A DNA stretch of 64,000 bases from Macrostomum lignano (lineage: Eukaryota), in the NCBI GenBank assembly GCA_002269645.1, contig NIVC01000077.1, forward strand, positions 62,001 to 126,000, given 5' to 3'. The translations under genes were made by a program, and so were the position numbers. Below the pieces are notes generated by a model. It had not been told where the DNA came from, ran no database searches, and was given only the letters and a program-made list of their open reading frames with translations. Numbering within the stretch: the stretch's first letter is position 1; each line of letters begins with the position of its first letter. Positions 1 to 12,234 of this stretch are shown one piece after another.

Positions 1-714
1 TTCCATAATTACTTATTATAATCGCTGTTATCCCCTGTGCTTTCGTCCATTACTTTAATCAAAGTGTCGAACTGGTAAATCATATTTTTCATTCTTTGCT
101 GTCATAATTTCATTTTTTAACAATCCCAGTCTATTGAGACTGCTGCTATTTAAAGTACCCCCACTTAGTATGTACTTTTCCAATAGCATTATAGTACACT
201 GTAACAAATAAGATTATTGTGATAGAAGCTAAAATAGTTTTGATTTCAACCCCACGCTTCATTACCTTACGTCTGTCACATTTGATTGACGTTATGAATT
301 GTTTTTTTTAGGTTTCTGGTGTTCTATGTCTTTGTCGAATTTGAGCTGATGCTGTTGACCCCGGAGATTCAGTATTGAGATCTTTTTGGCCGGGGATTCA
401 AGGGCTAAACTTTTATTTTGAAGCTTATTTTTCAGGTTCTTGTGGTAACTGGATTTTTGACGTGGCGTCTGAAACATTCTTCGCTACTGATAGTTTTTGC
501 TTTGGCTAATAATAAAGTAGTAAAAAATATAAATACCGCTGATAATTAAAAGTCTGTCGGTATATCCATTTTCCTGATTCAAATATCAGCAATAAACCTC
601 ATTTTTTCTAAAATTTAGGACTGCTACTGAAGTACTATGATAGGAACTTCAATTGCGAGATCGAATATTTTAATTTTCGATCTTTCAATCTTTTGAAATC
701 CCGAGGTTTTTCTA

Positions 715-1865
715 AGAATCCAGGCCCTATACCTTGTCATTCTCGCTCGTTTTCCAAGAATACAGGCCCTATACCTCGCCATTCTCACTCGTTTTCTAAG
801 AATACAGGCCCTAAACCTCGCCATTCTCACTCGTTTTCTAAGAATACAGGTCCTATACCTTGTTATTCTCACTTGTTTTCTAAGAATCCAGGCCCTAAAC
901 CTCGCCATTCTCGCTCGTTTTCCAAGAATACAGGCCCTATACCTTGTCATTCTCGCTCGTTTTCCAAGAATACAGGCCCTATACCTTGTCATTCTCACTC
1001 GTTTTCTAAGAATACATGCCCTATACCTTGTCATTCTCGCTCGTTTTCCAAGAATACAGGCCCTATATCTCGTCATTCTCACTCGATTTCTAAGAATACA
1101 GGCCCTATACCTTGTCATTCTCACTCGTTTTCTAAGAATACATGCCCTATACCTTGTCATTCTCGCTCGATTTCTAAGAATAGCTCGTACAGGCCCTATA
1201 TCTTGTCATTCTCGCTCGATTTCTAAGAATAGCTCGTACAGGCCCTATATCTTGTCATTCTCGCTCGATTTCTAAGAATAGCTCGTACAGGCCCTATACC
1301 TTGTTACTCTCGCTCGATTTCTAAGAATATAGGCCCTATGCTTTGTCATTCTCACTCGTTTTCTAAGAATACATGCCCTATACCTTGTCATTCTCGCTCG
1401 ATTTCTAAGAATAGCTCGTACAGGCCCTATATCTTGTCATTCTCGCTCGATTTCTAAGAATAGCTCGTACAGGCCCTATACCTTGTTACTCTCGCTCGAT
1501 TTCTAAGAATATAGGCCCTATGCTTTGTCATTCTTACTCGTTTTCTAAGAATACAGGCCCTATGTCTTGTCATTCTCGCTCGATTTCTAAGAATAGCTCG
1601 TACAGGCCCTATACCTTGTTACTCTCGCTCGATTTCTAAGAATATAGGCCCTATGCTTTGTCATTCTTACTCGTTTTCTAAGAATACAGGCCCTATGTCT
1701 TGTCATTCTCGCTCGATTTCTAAGAATAGCTCGTACAGGCCCTATACCTTGTTACTCTCGCTCGATTTCTAAGAATATAGGCCCTATGCTTTGTCATTCT
1801 TACTCGTTTTCTAAGAATACAGGCCCTATGTCTTGTCATTCTTACTCAATTTCTTAGGATCCAGG
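715..1865. repeat. 42-bp minisatellite (variants of 49 bp with a GCTCGTA insertion), about 26 copies
   Basis: Unit TTTTCTAAGAATACAGGCCCTATACCTTGTCATTCTCGCTCG. It explains the repetitive ORFs 624..1160 and 693..1226. Confidence 0.95.
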
Positions 1866-2018
1866 CCCTGTACCTGGATTATTGCACTTTTGTCCTAGAA
1901 TTTAAGCAGCGTTTTTCCTCCAGTTTCCATTGTTTATATATTAAGAACTGTATTATGGGACTAATGAGCGATTCTCATTGCAGCCAGAGGCAAGTAAGCG
2001 GTCCAGTTCATAGCAAGC

Positions 2019-5000
2019 ATGACCGATCGAACTAATCGCCTATTTCGTTATAAATCCGGCCCTTCGTCAAAAACTACTGGTAATAATAGTGGCAATAATA
2101 GTTCCACTCGCAGCGTTCTTGGTCCCGGTGCTGCAGCAGCTACTAGCGGTGTGCGACCATCCGACTATGATATGAAAAGCTGGTTGAAGGTGAGTTTGTA
2201 TTTTGCCATAGACTTTTAAATATAACTAAATTGAAAAAAAATTCAGAGGTCCATTGTATCACGCTGGCGCACGTTAGATGCACGATTTACTGTGCGTCTA
2301 ATGTAGGTGTCTATGGCAATTTTCTATCTGAGTAAAGGCAACAAGCGTGCGTCTAACGCGTGCGTGTAATGCACGGAAAGTGAGTATATTTTAATAAGTA
2401 TACTTTTGCTACAAGTACAACGAACGAATAACAGGGAACTGTGTAAACAAGGTAGACTGCGTAGACGATTACCTATCATTGACAGGGAAAGTGAATGAGG
2501 ATGAAGGCGTTCTGCATTTGGAAGTTCAGTGTGGGAAAATTATTACTCATTGTTATTACTCACTCTAAGAATTGAACGTGCAGTTGTTGACAGTGTTGTA
2601 GAAGTTATAAACCACAGTTGGTTTCTTCTTGGCGTCATCACTTGGCGTCCCACCAGCAACGTCCGACGTGTCAGAAATAATCAGTGACTGGCTCATGACG
2701 GTAGAAGAGTCTTTCATAATCACGTCTTGCATGGAATCATCCTTGTGTAGTGCAGAAGCCAAGCTAGATTATCAGGCTCGTTCAGAATGTCGTCAATCTC
2801 ATTGGTGGACAAGCCGGAAATCATTTCGTTTGGAAATTTGCTCAGATTCAGAAGTCTGACTTTAGTTGGTGGCTCAGCCATATTCTCTCACAAGTGATTT
2901 TAATTTAACAGCTTCTTATTCCCTTCTTCGCAACACTCAATCAACTTGCGTGCCTTTCACGCATTTTTGTCTATGGTTAAGACAAATTAACTGAGCGTGC
3001 ATCTAACGCGCCATCTAAAGTATTAAGCCAACGTAATACAATGCAACTCATACATCGATTTTGCGTGCTTAAATGGTCTATGGCACTCGTGCGCTGCGAG
3101 CTGCGCGCACTCGTGCATAGACCATTTAAGCACGCAAAATCGATGTATGAATCCTACATGGCTTAGTACGAGCGTATAGTTGATTTGTTGTTTTCAATGA
3201 CTTTTATTCATGATCGTACTTACTATGCTAGCTATTGTCAGTAATCTATTCAGTGTGAGACAATTTGATATCATCCCTGTCCAGATTCTATTTAAGAGTC
3301 AATTAAGAACCTTCCAATCCCTTCGTCTGCTAACAGAAAGTGGAATCAGCCACAGATGATGCTCTATCCGGGGCGGCATCGAAGTCTGCCGCTCCCGCCG
3401 GAGGTGTTGAAGACGAGGCTCGCAGTCTGATTCGCGAATGGATGACCAGCAAAATGCTGTCAGACGCGGCACTTCTAAGCGAAGTAAACAACGATGATGA
3501 CAATGATGAGAGATATCCTAGTAGAAATGCTGGCGGCGGTAATAGCTCTTCGAGATCGCGGTCCCTGCTGGAGTGGCCGCATTTGGAATCTGGCGATGCG
3601 CCCGAAGATGACTCAGCAGTTGGCGATGCTGAACTAAGCGACGCTGAACGTATTATCAAACGATTGTTGAGTAAAGACTATGTGCCAGCTAAGGTGTTGG
3701 ACGATGAGTCGGCTGTGAGTTCTATGGGCGGGCTGGGTCAGTGTCTTCTGGCTTTGTGAAAGTTATGAATTCTGATAGATAATATCTCATTGAATTTGAG
3801 GTTACTGGATCGGGTTTTAATCGGTGCTGGATCGGGTTCTAAGGTGCTGGATCGGGTTCTAAATGGTGCTGGATCTGGTTCTAATTGGTGCTGGATCGGG
3901 TTCTAAATGGTGCTGGATCGGGTTCTAAATGGTGCTGGATCGGGTTCTAATTGGTGCTGGATCGGGTTCTAATTGGTGCTAGATCGGGTTCTAATTGGTG
4001 CTGAATCGGGTTCCGAGGTGCTGGATCGGGTTCTAATTGGTGCTAGATGGGGTTCTAATTGGTGCTGAATCGGGTTCCGAGGTGCTGGATCGGGTTCTAA
4101 ATAGTGCTGGATCTGGTTCTAATTGGTGCTGGATCGGGTTCTAATTGGTGCTGGATCGGGTTCTAATTGGTGCTAGATCGGGTTCTAATTGGTGCTGGAT
4201 CGGGTTCTAATTGGTGCTGGATCGGGTTCTAATTGGTGCTAGATCGGGTTCTAATTGGTGCTGAATCGGGTTCCGAGGTGCTGGATCGGGTTCTAAATAG
4301 TGCTGGATCTGGTTCTAATTGGTGCTGGATCGGGTTCTAATTGGTGCTGGATCGGGTTCTAATTGGTGCTGGATCGGGTTCTAATTGGTGCTAGATCGGG
4401 TTCTAATTGGTGCTGGATCGGGTTGTAAGGTGATGGATCGGTTTCCGATGTGCTGAGTTTGGTTTTGAGGTGCTGAATTGTTTTCTTGCTGAATTAGTTC
4501 GTAAGGTGTTTGCAAAATTTCTACTATATGTTGCTAAATTTGGCGTTTAAATGTTAACAATTGGGTGCAAGATGCTCGTAGATTGCTCAATACTGTTCTC
4601 TACTATAGTACCAAGTTATTGTATTGTCTGTAGCGTCAATTTGTCATTTATAACATTTTAGCAATTATGGCCTAAATTAAGTAATAATTGAAATAAGCAA
4701 AAGCAGACTGGCCTTAGTACTGGTACCGGTAAACTTCTATTGGGGCAGAACTGTTAGTAATTAGAGGAAGATACATTTTCTATGATATGACATCCTGCCA
4801 GGTGCGCGTGGACCCCCGCGTCCGCATGGAGTTGCGCCAGCAGCAGGCGCGCGAAGCTCGCGAGCGCCGACGTCGCGAAGAAGCCGAACAGCGAGAGCGC
4901 GCCGCCGAAGCGCGCCGTCTAGCACAAGAAGCGCGCCGAGTCGTAGCCGAAGAGGAGAAAGCGGCAGCGGCGAAACGGCGCGAGGAAGCGCGCTTAGTTG

Positions 5001-8000
5001 AAGCTGAGGCGCAGCGGCAGCGGCGCGAGATAGAAGAGCGCCGGCGCCAAGAAGCGGCGCTGCTGCGAGAGGAGCGCGAGCGCGCTGAAAAAGAGCGTCG
5101 CACGGCGGAAGCGGCGCTTTTGCAAGAGCGGCGCGCTGCAGCGGCAACCGAAGAAAAACGCGCTCTACGCGAGCTTCGGCGCCAGGCGCTAGAAGCGCGC
5201 GTACAACGGCGCGTCCTGCTAGGCAACATGTCGCTGCTAGGCCGTTGTTTCGCAGCCTGGCGCCAACTATTAGCCAGCAGCCGATTGGCCAACGGAAAAG
5301 CCGCCGCCTTTCGCGATTTCCGCTGCTCCAGACGCGCATTCGCCGCTTGGCGTTGGTACGCGCGCGGACGCGCTATGGAACGGGAAGCGCAAGCGGCGCA
5401 AGATGCTCTGCGCAATGAGCAGCGCCGAATGGACTGGGCGGCTAAGCGGCACCGGTTGCGCACAATGGGTCGCGCGTTTGACGCTTGGCGCGAATCGATT
5501 CGACTAATAAAATTAGAGCAAGCGGCCGAAGCGGAACGGTTAGAATTGCAGCGTAGAACTGGCAGATTTCTTGAGCGACTAACTGCCGAGGAGCGCGATA
5601 GAGAGCAGCGCAGGATCGCCGCAGAGCAGCAGAAACAGCAGGAGAAGGCTGAGAGATTATTTGCGGAGAATGAATCTACCAAGTTGGATCTGTCCAGTCT
5701 GAATGATGCTGAAACTCAGCTGCAGCAGCAACAACCTGGTCAGCTGACAGCTACGGGGATTAGTACTACTACTAAGCCTTTGTTAGGCGACAGAGCAAGC
5801 AGCGGTCGTAGTGCAGGCGCTCCTACCGGTCGAGGGCACGCATCGCATCGACCATCCACAGCGGCGGCAACTACGGCAAACGTTGCAGCTGTTGCTGGCG
5901 GATTTGGCGGTCGGTACGAGCACAGATTCAAGGCGCAACAGGCTATGCTGCGTGAGCAGGCAAATCAATTGAAGGAGCAGCGCAGGTTGATTGAAGAATT
6001 GAGAATTGAGAAGACTTTAGCTAAGAATCAGCCGGTGCAGCCACAGGCTGATGGTGCTGCTGCTACTGCTCAGATCCAGGTTTGTTTGGATTGTCACTCA
6101 TTCACTTGTGGGATATTATTTTCACTCTATTCTTTGTACACATTCCTTACATAATCTAGGCGCTTTAGACCTAGTCACTCTAGTTATATGAATCTAGTCA
6201 CTATAGCTATAGGAATCTAGTTACTATAGCTATAGGAATCTAGTCACTCTAGTTATAGGAATCTAGTCACTCTAGTTATAGGAATCTAGTCACTCTAGTT
6301 ATAGGAATCTAGTCACTCTAGTTATAAGAATCTAGTCACTCTAGTTTTAAGAATCTAGTCACTCTAGTTTTAAGAATCTAGTCACTCTAGTTTTGTGAAT
6401 CTAGTCACTCTAGTTTTAAGAATTTAGTCACTCTAGTTTTAAGAATCTAGTCACTCTAGTTTTGTGAATCTAGTCACTCTAGTTTTAAGAATCTAGTCAC
6501 TCTAGTTTTAATAATTTAGTCACTAGTTTTAAGAATCTAGTCACTCTAATTTTAAGAATCTAGTCACTCTAATTTTAAGAATCTAGTCACTCTAGTTATA
6601 GGAATCTAGTCACACTAGTTATCAGAATCTAGTCACTCTAAATTTAGGAATCTAGTCGTTTTCTATACTACTAACTCTTGAGTTCCTGAAGTTTTCGCAA
6701 CCTGTTCACTCTAGTTTAGGCAGTATAGCTATTCTAGCCTATTTCAGGAACCTTGTCACTCTATAGACTACACCCAGGTGTTTTGTCACTTTGAAATAAC
6801 CTTTCTTAGAAATATCATATTTCTCTCAATATTGTTTTCACTTCGCGTAGACTGCCCAGCCAAAAAGTCCGCCTTCGGCTGAAGCATCGGCCGTCAGAGA
6901 GGCCGCTGTGCCAGATGGAGAAGAAGCTGAGCCGCAGTCTGCAGCATCGCCCCGTCAAACTGCTCAGCAGCAGCAGCAGCAAAATCATCATCCTACTAAT
7001 CCTCAGTCTAATCAGGAGAACAAATTTCTCGATCGTATGCGCGCCCGCGCCGAGGAGCGCGCTCGCGCCAAAGCTGAACGCGAGGCCCGGCGCCAGGCGG
7101 CCGAAGCGGAGCGAATACGCGCCGCCGAGGAGGAGCTGGCGCGAGCGGCCGAAGCCGAACGAGAGGAGAAGCGGCGCCAGGCTGCTGAACGGGCGCAGCG
7201 GGAAGCGGCGCGTCAAGCGGCCAATGCGGAGAGGCGCCAACTGGAGGCGCGCCTAGCCGAAGCGAATCGGCGACGTTTGTTGCGCTACTACGGTCTGGCG
7301 CCGTGGCGCCAATTGATGCGCCAGGCAGAGACAAACGAAACAACGGCGCAGCGGCATTGGGAGTCGCGGCTGACTCGGAAATGCCTGCTAGCTTGGCATA
7401 TTGGCGTGTCGGAGACTGCAAAAATCAATAACGAACTGGCTGACCAGTGCTATCGGGCCGCTTTGATTCGGCGCCATTTCTGTCGGTGGAGCCTGGTGAG
7501 TTTTGTCTAGCTATTAAATAAAGTACGTATTGTTTTATTAACTGCGTTATTAGATTCGCGTTAAAATCTGGGGCGTTTCTTAGAATAGCCATTTGAATGA
7601 TTTGCATTTAGAATATGTAATTTGCGACAAAATCGTAGCTTTTCTTAGAATCGCCATGACAAGGTTTGCATTTCTTAGAAAAGCCATAACATCCTTAAAA
7701 CTAGTTAGGGTTTCTAAGAATCGCCATAAAATGGTTTGTTTTTCTTACAATCGCCATTTGGTTATTTGCGTTTCTTGGAATCGCCATAAAATCGCTTGGT
7801 TTTCTTAGAATCGCCATGAGATTGTTTTCGTTTCTTAGAATCGCTAGAAAATCGTTTCCTTTTCTTAGAACCGCGATTTGTGATAAAAATCGTTTGAATT
7901 TTCGAAAATCGCTTTAAAATTGCTTTCATTTCTTAGAATCAGTAGTATAGGAGCTATCATGGGCTTCACTCGTTTATTTTTAAACCTATTTTGCCATAAG

Positions 8001-8842
8001 AAGGCTTGCAGATATCACTGCCTGTTATTTTCAGTATGTTTTCCTTTGTTTGACGTTTCTTTCTGTTGTAATCATAATAGCATCGCTGTCGGGCTCAGCT
8101 TATAAATATCCTCGTGCTACCACTAATTATGCAGGTGTCTATAAGTAATACAGCAGAGTAGCCGATTTTCTTTACAAATAATAGAACAGCAAGCCACATT
8201 AATTTGGGTTCGTGATAATTGATAATGAGTCAAATCCTGTGCGCGTGCTCAGGGGTCAGCCTACTTCCTTGGTTGCCTCCTCCAAAGTCAAAATTGATGC
8301 TTGCATTAGCAACTTATGAGTTGCCGCATTCCCACCTGCTAATAACATCCTCTGTCTGTCTTCCTAAGCTTCAATTATGCATGTCTACACGATACTACTA
8401 TTAATAAGTATCTATGTAAGTAGCGCAATTCAATCGAAATCTATAATCAATGCTTCATAATAATCATCACTAACAGATTCGATTCCAATCGGAGCTGATG
8501 GACACCAGAGCTGACGAATTTCGCCGACTAAAATCTCTGTCAGTTGTATTCTACGCGTGGCACAATTTTGCTGTTGAATCTAGATTAGCCGAACGACAGA
8601 ACGAATTAACAGCCGATAATCATTGGCGCGAGGCGCTGCTAGCGCGCTGCCTGGCCGCCTGGCGCCGTCTGCCAGAGGCGCGCAAAGCTGAAGAAGCCAA
8701 ACGTCAGAGGCTAGACCAGCTGAGATATCGGGTCAGAGATTTGCTGCCCGACTTTGAGTTGGGCTCGGCTGCTGCCTCCTCAGCGTCATTGGAAACCACC
8801 GGCACACCTGTTGCTAAGCCGGACAGTAGCGGCGACTTTTGA
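2019..8842 (+). CDS. CCDC191: Coiled-coil domain-containing protein 191-like (KIAA1407 family), 5 exons, about 945 aa
   Basis: Exons 2019-2189, 3337-3714, 4802-6079, 6851-7495 and 8477-8842, all joined by phase-0 GT-AG introns (2838 nt, no stops). Motifs WLK-KVESATDDA, EARSLIREWMTSK, IIKRLLSKDYV, DPRVRMELRQQQ and C-terminal QRLDQLRYRVRDLLPDF resemble CCDC191 as recalled. Repeated (F/W)xAW helical segments are present. The exon 2 donor (GTGAGT at 3715) was chosen by phase. Confidence 0.85.
2265..3150. mobile_element. Possible non-autonomous DNA transposon relic in CCDC191 intron 1
   Basis: Inverted repeat TGGCGCACGTTAGATGCACG (2265-2284) pairs with CGTGCATCTAACGCGCCA (2996-3013). Submotifs TGCGTCTAA and GTCTATGG recur. 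A frameshifted minus-strand mini-ORF lies at 2881-2565 and a perfect hairpin at 3048-3150. No TSD found. Confidence 0.35.
3048..3150. repeat. Perfect 35-bp inverted repeat with a 33-nt GC-rich loop
   Basis: TCATACATCGATTTTGCGTGCTTAAATGGTCTATG (3048-3082) is the exact reverse complement of 3116-3150. Confidence 0.95.
3805..4470. repeat. 22-bp minisatellite in CCDC191 intron 2
   Basis: Unit GGTGCTGGATCGGGTTCTAATT, about 28 copies. Confidence 0.95.
6160..6660. repeat. 23-bp minisatellite in CCDC191 intron 3
   Basis: Unit AATCTAGTCACTCTAGTTATAGG (TTTTAAG variants), about 21 copies. Confidence 0.95.
7570..7940. repeat. Degenerate ~31-bp repeat in CCDC191 intron 4
   Basis: Recurring TTTCTTAGAATCGCCAT core. 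Confidence 0.75.
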
Positions 8843-10214
8843 CTTTTGAGTTAACTGTTGAGTCACCTGAGCTGCAGAATTGTAAGAGTCGCGAAAGAGT
8901 CTCACAAGAGTCGTGTTAGCGTTGAACTTTCTACTAACTCAAGTAGACTAAATGAAATATAGTTGTTATATAAATTAGAAAGGCCCTTTATACGCAACTC
9001 GCTACAGTGACTCCAGCACGCCTCAGATGCAACTCCGCGTCCCCGGAGTTGTACGTTGCACCGAGTCCTCTTAAGTCAATTATTTCCTATTTTACCTGTG
9101 TTACCTGAAGCGACTCTGCGGGCTAGAGATGATGCCTCCATTAAGCTGCATACTAACCGCTGCCAAATCAGCTTAACTTGCACAATTATCAGTCTGGGGC
9201 TTGGCACTTATGTAGAATAATTTTGTTTTATGTTATACTGTATATTTAAATTGTATTTCTAAGAATCACAATTTTATCCTCGGATTATATCGCTTCTCAT
9301 GAAATCATTCCAAAAGTTCAACATTCCAAACTGATTTAAAACAGCCGTCCCTTTAAACAAAAATTATTGCATTTTAAATCAATCAACTGACGTTTTTATA
9401 TCGCTAAGTTCTGCGTGTACTTTATGAATTATTTAGATATTGATTATGTTCGTGCATATACGTGTTTTATTATATCGATTTTAATATAGTGGAGTTTATA
9501 AATTAGCAGGCGGGCGTTACGTATACAAGGAGTGATTTGAATTATAAAATATTCTCTTCAGCTAGTAATGTGGAGTTTAATTTCCACTCTTTCGAGGTGT
9601 TTTCCTGTTTGAAACGGAAGCCCCATTGTTAGTAACGGGTTTTTTCAAGCCTTCAATCGGAAGCGTCATCGGAAGCGTCAATCCGATTTTTAAAAACACG
9701 CACTAATGTGGAAACTCGTGATTTTGTTGCTGGGCATTCATCTATTGTGCCGTCGTGTTTTTTTATTCTACTGTTTGACTAGCTTCGGATTTTCACTTGA
9801 AGTTTGGCTGTAAATACAGGTCTTTTTTATCTACAGTGAGAACCGTCCATATTTATTTTGCTGTTCTTAGAAACCATAAAGCTTGGTTACGACTTCTATT
9901 TTGTACGCTTCAACGCGTATAGCCTTATATAATTTTAAGACTTTTTGTGTTTAATTTTTAATTTTGTTAACAAAAATTTGAAAATCAGGAATCAGTTTGT
10001 CATTGAAAATGGCAATAAAATGACTCGAAAACTGCGTTGCCTTCAGTTAAAGCAATTGTTTTGTGCTGTTAAAAGTACATTTATTAAGAAAAAGCACTAC
10101 TTTTGTTTTATTTGTTATTTGATTCTTTGAATTTCGGCATTTTCTGGCCTATTTGCAATCTGACCTTCCATCTCTTCATAAACCATTATTCATGTACTTA
10201 TTCTCGCGGATTGT

Positions 10215-10590
10215 AGAAATCCCTTTATAGAAATCTAGTACTTCCTTTCCTGGCATCTAGCGCTCCCTTTTCAGGCATCTACATGTAGTATCCCTGTCTA
10301 GGAATCTAGCACTCCCTTTCTAGGAATCTAGCACTCCCTTTCTAGGAATCTAGCACTCCCTTTCTAGGAATCTAGTAATTCCTTTCCTGGCATCTAGCGC
10401 GCTCTCTTTTCAGACATCTACATGTACACTCCCTTTCTAGGAATCTAGCACTCCTTTCTAGGAATCTAGCACTCCCTTTCTAGGAATCTAGCACTCCCTT
10501 TCTTAAAAAAAATCTAGCACTCTAGGGATCTAGTAGTCCCTTTCCTTTCATCTAGCACTACCTTTCTAGGAATCTAGCACCCCCTTTTCA
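10215..10590. repeat. 23-bp minisatellite
   Basis: Unit TCTAGGAATCTAGCACTCCCTTT with degenerate copies. Confidence 0.9.
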
Positions 10591-10785
10591 GGGTTCTGCA
10601 AATATGTTCTGTTTTTCCAATACCCACTTATTAGTACAAGCACGTCGTACAGCGTTCAATATTTGAAAAAATCACCTGTTCCGGTAATTTGATCGCAAAG
10701 GCAAAAATATTAATAATATTCCTAATTAGACAATCAAGACTTAAAATCAAAGTTTTAAGACTTTATTCCAATAAGTCTTTGTCCA

Positions 10786-11502
10786 TCACTCGAGCGCGCT
10801 GACAGCCAGGCCAAACTGGGCCGCATAGTAGGTGAGGCATGATCAGGAAGGTGCCGCCCTCCGTCCAGCTGACAGCTCCTTAGCTAGCAGTAGGATATCG
10901 CTGGCAATGAAAGCGATGGCTCCAATTTAATCCAAAGATTGCGCGTAGCTCTTGGCCTGCTGTACTGCCAAAACCGATTGTAGGCCTTTGACATGACGTA
11001 AAATAGAAACACTAGGTAGCCTTTAGCCATGGCGCCCAAGATGAAGCTGTGCCCAGAGCCGAGCATCAGCAGCACTGGCACGCTTAGCAGTACCAGTACA
11101 CTGCTTAACGGACTGTCGCCTCCGGTCTTGCCTTCGGACTGTTGAAAAGCTCGCTTGTATTGCACATGAGCCGCTATGAAGCTGGCCGCCCAGTATGGCG
11201 CACAAGTCGCTCTTTACATTCACCAGCAGAGCGTCGCCCAGAGCCGACCAGAGCAGAGCCTGCGAATTCGTTCGGCGTACTTCGTACTGCCAGTCTGCTG
11301 GAGTCGCTTAGTCAAAATGAATTACCAGAGTGAAGATTGGCAACACCTTGACGAATATCTCCTCAGCCAGAGCCACTCTGCAATGTAGCCTTGCTTCTGG
11401 CTCACTAGTAGACTTGGTCAAATAGTTGAGAAAGTACAGACCGACCGGATAGCTGTACAGTTGCAGGGCGGCATGATAGGGTATCGGAAGCTGTGGCAGC
11501 AT
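10786..11502 (-). pseudogene. TMEM86: TMEM86/YhhN-family lysoplasmalogenase gene, intronless, broken by about 6 frameshifts (pseudogene or assembly error)
   Basis: Fragments across all three minus frames join to give MLPQ..KVLPIFTL..LLWSALGDALL..AASFIAAHVQY..GYLVFLFYVM..GAIAFIASDILL..FLIM/LTYYAAQFGLAVSALE*. These match the recalled TMEM86 motifs KCLPIFCL, FSAVGD, GALFFIISD and IMSTYYVAQ. Span is 717 nt (about 238 aa). AATAAA lies 19 nt after the stop. Confidence 0.8.
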
Positions 11503-12234
11503 CTTGTCCTCGATATGTAACAAAGTATCAGCTTTGGAATCTCGCACCGCGCGAGACGTGACTTCTTCTTTGATCGGGTGTTTGTAAGCGTCACGAGAAA
11601 AGCGAACGGAATGCTGTGTCTTTTAAGACTTTGGCGAGCCTTTTCCCTATCTGGCTTGGTGCATTCGTGAGAAGGGCTTCTATTCCAAGAGAGATAAGAA
11701 ATAATCTTGGGCTAAGCCTAGCTCACGGTCTGCAATCTGCAGCGGGGTAAGGTATTGTATATAGGTGCCCTTGAAACTCGTAAGCGAGCAAATGAGCGAA
11801 TATGATACATTGCCAAGTCTGTCTGTGCCTGAGTGATTTGGCTCTAGATCAACCCTCAGGGGCTACTAAGTATAAGTCATATGCGCCAGAGTTACGATGC
11901 AATGGGCCTTGCAGATAAAAGTCCAAGACACTGTCCGAATGGCAACTTTACTTACCTACATGTAGAAACCCTGTTGGAAGATAGGCTGAGTGCTGTCTTA
12001 GTTTTTGTTTTTCCTGCTATCTTTCTAAGCAGGAGATTCCTTATAGAAAAATATTTATATTAAAATTTTTAATCAAACTGAAACTTTTGTAGTTTTCAAA
12101 ATTTTCAACTGCAGTCAAAATCAGAAAATTTTTGACCACCTTTCGAAGGCTTCATTTTAAAGTGCCCGAAATCACCTCTTAGAAATCGCATATACATCTA
12201 TATGAATCTACATGAAGGTTTTTGCCGACAGTCT

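Noticed and set aside
4761-5968. Minus-strand ORFs opposite CCDC191 exon 3 (also 3330..3659 and 6815..7421)
   Set aside because: Antisense shadows of GC-rich coiled-coil exons.
9025-9055. Hairpin CAACTCCG-N6-CGGAGTTG as a Helitron 3' end
   Set aside because: No CTRR terminus at the expected distance, and an 8-bp stem can arise by chance.
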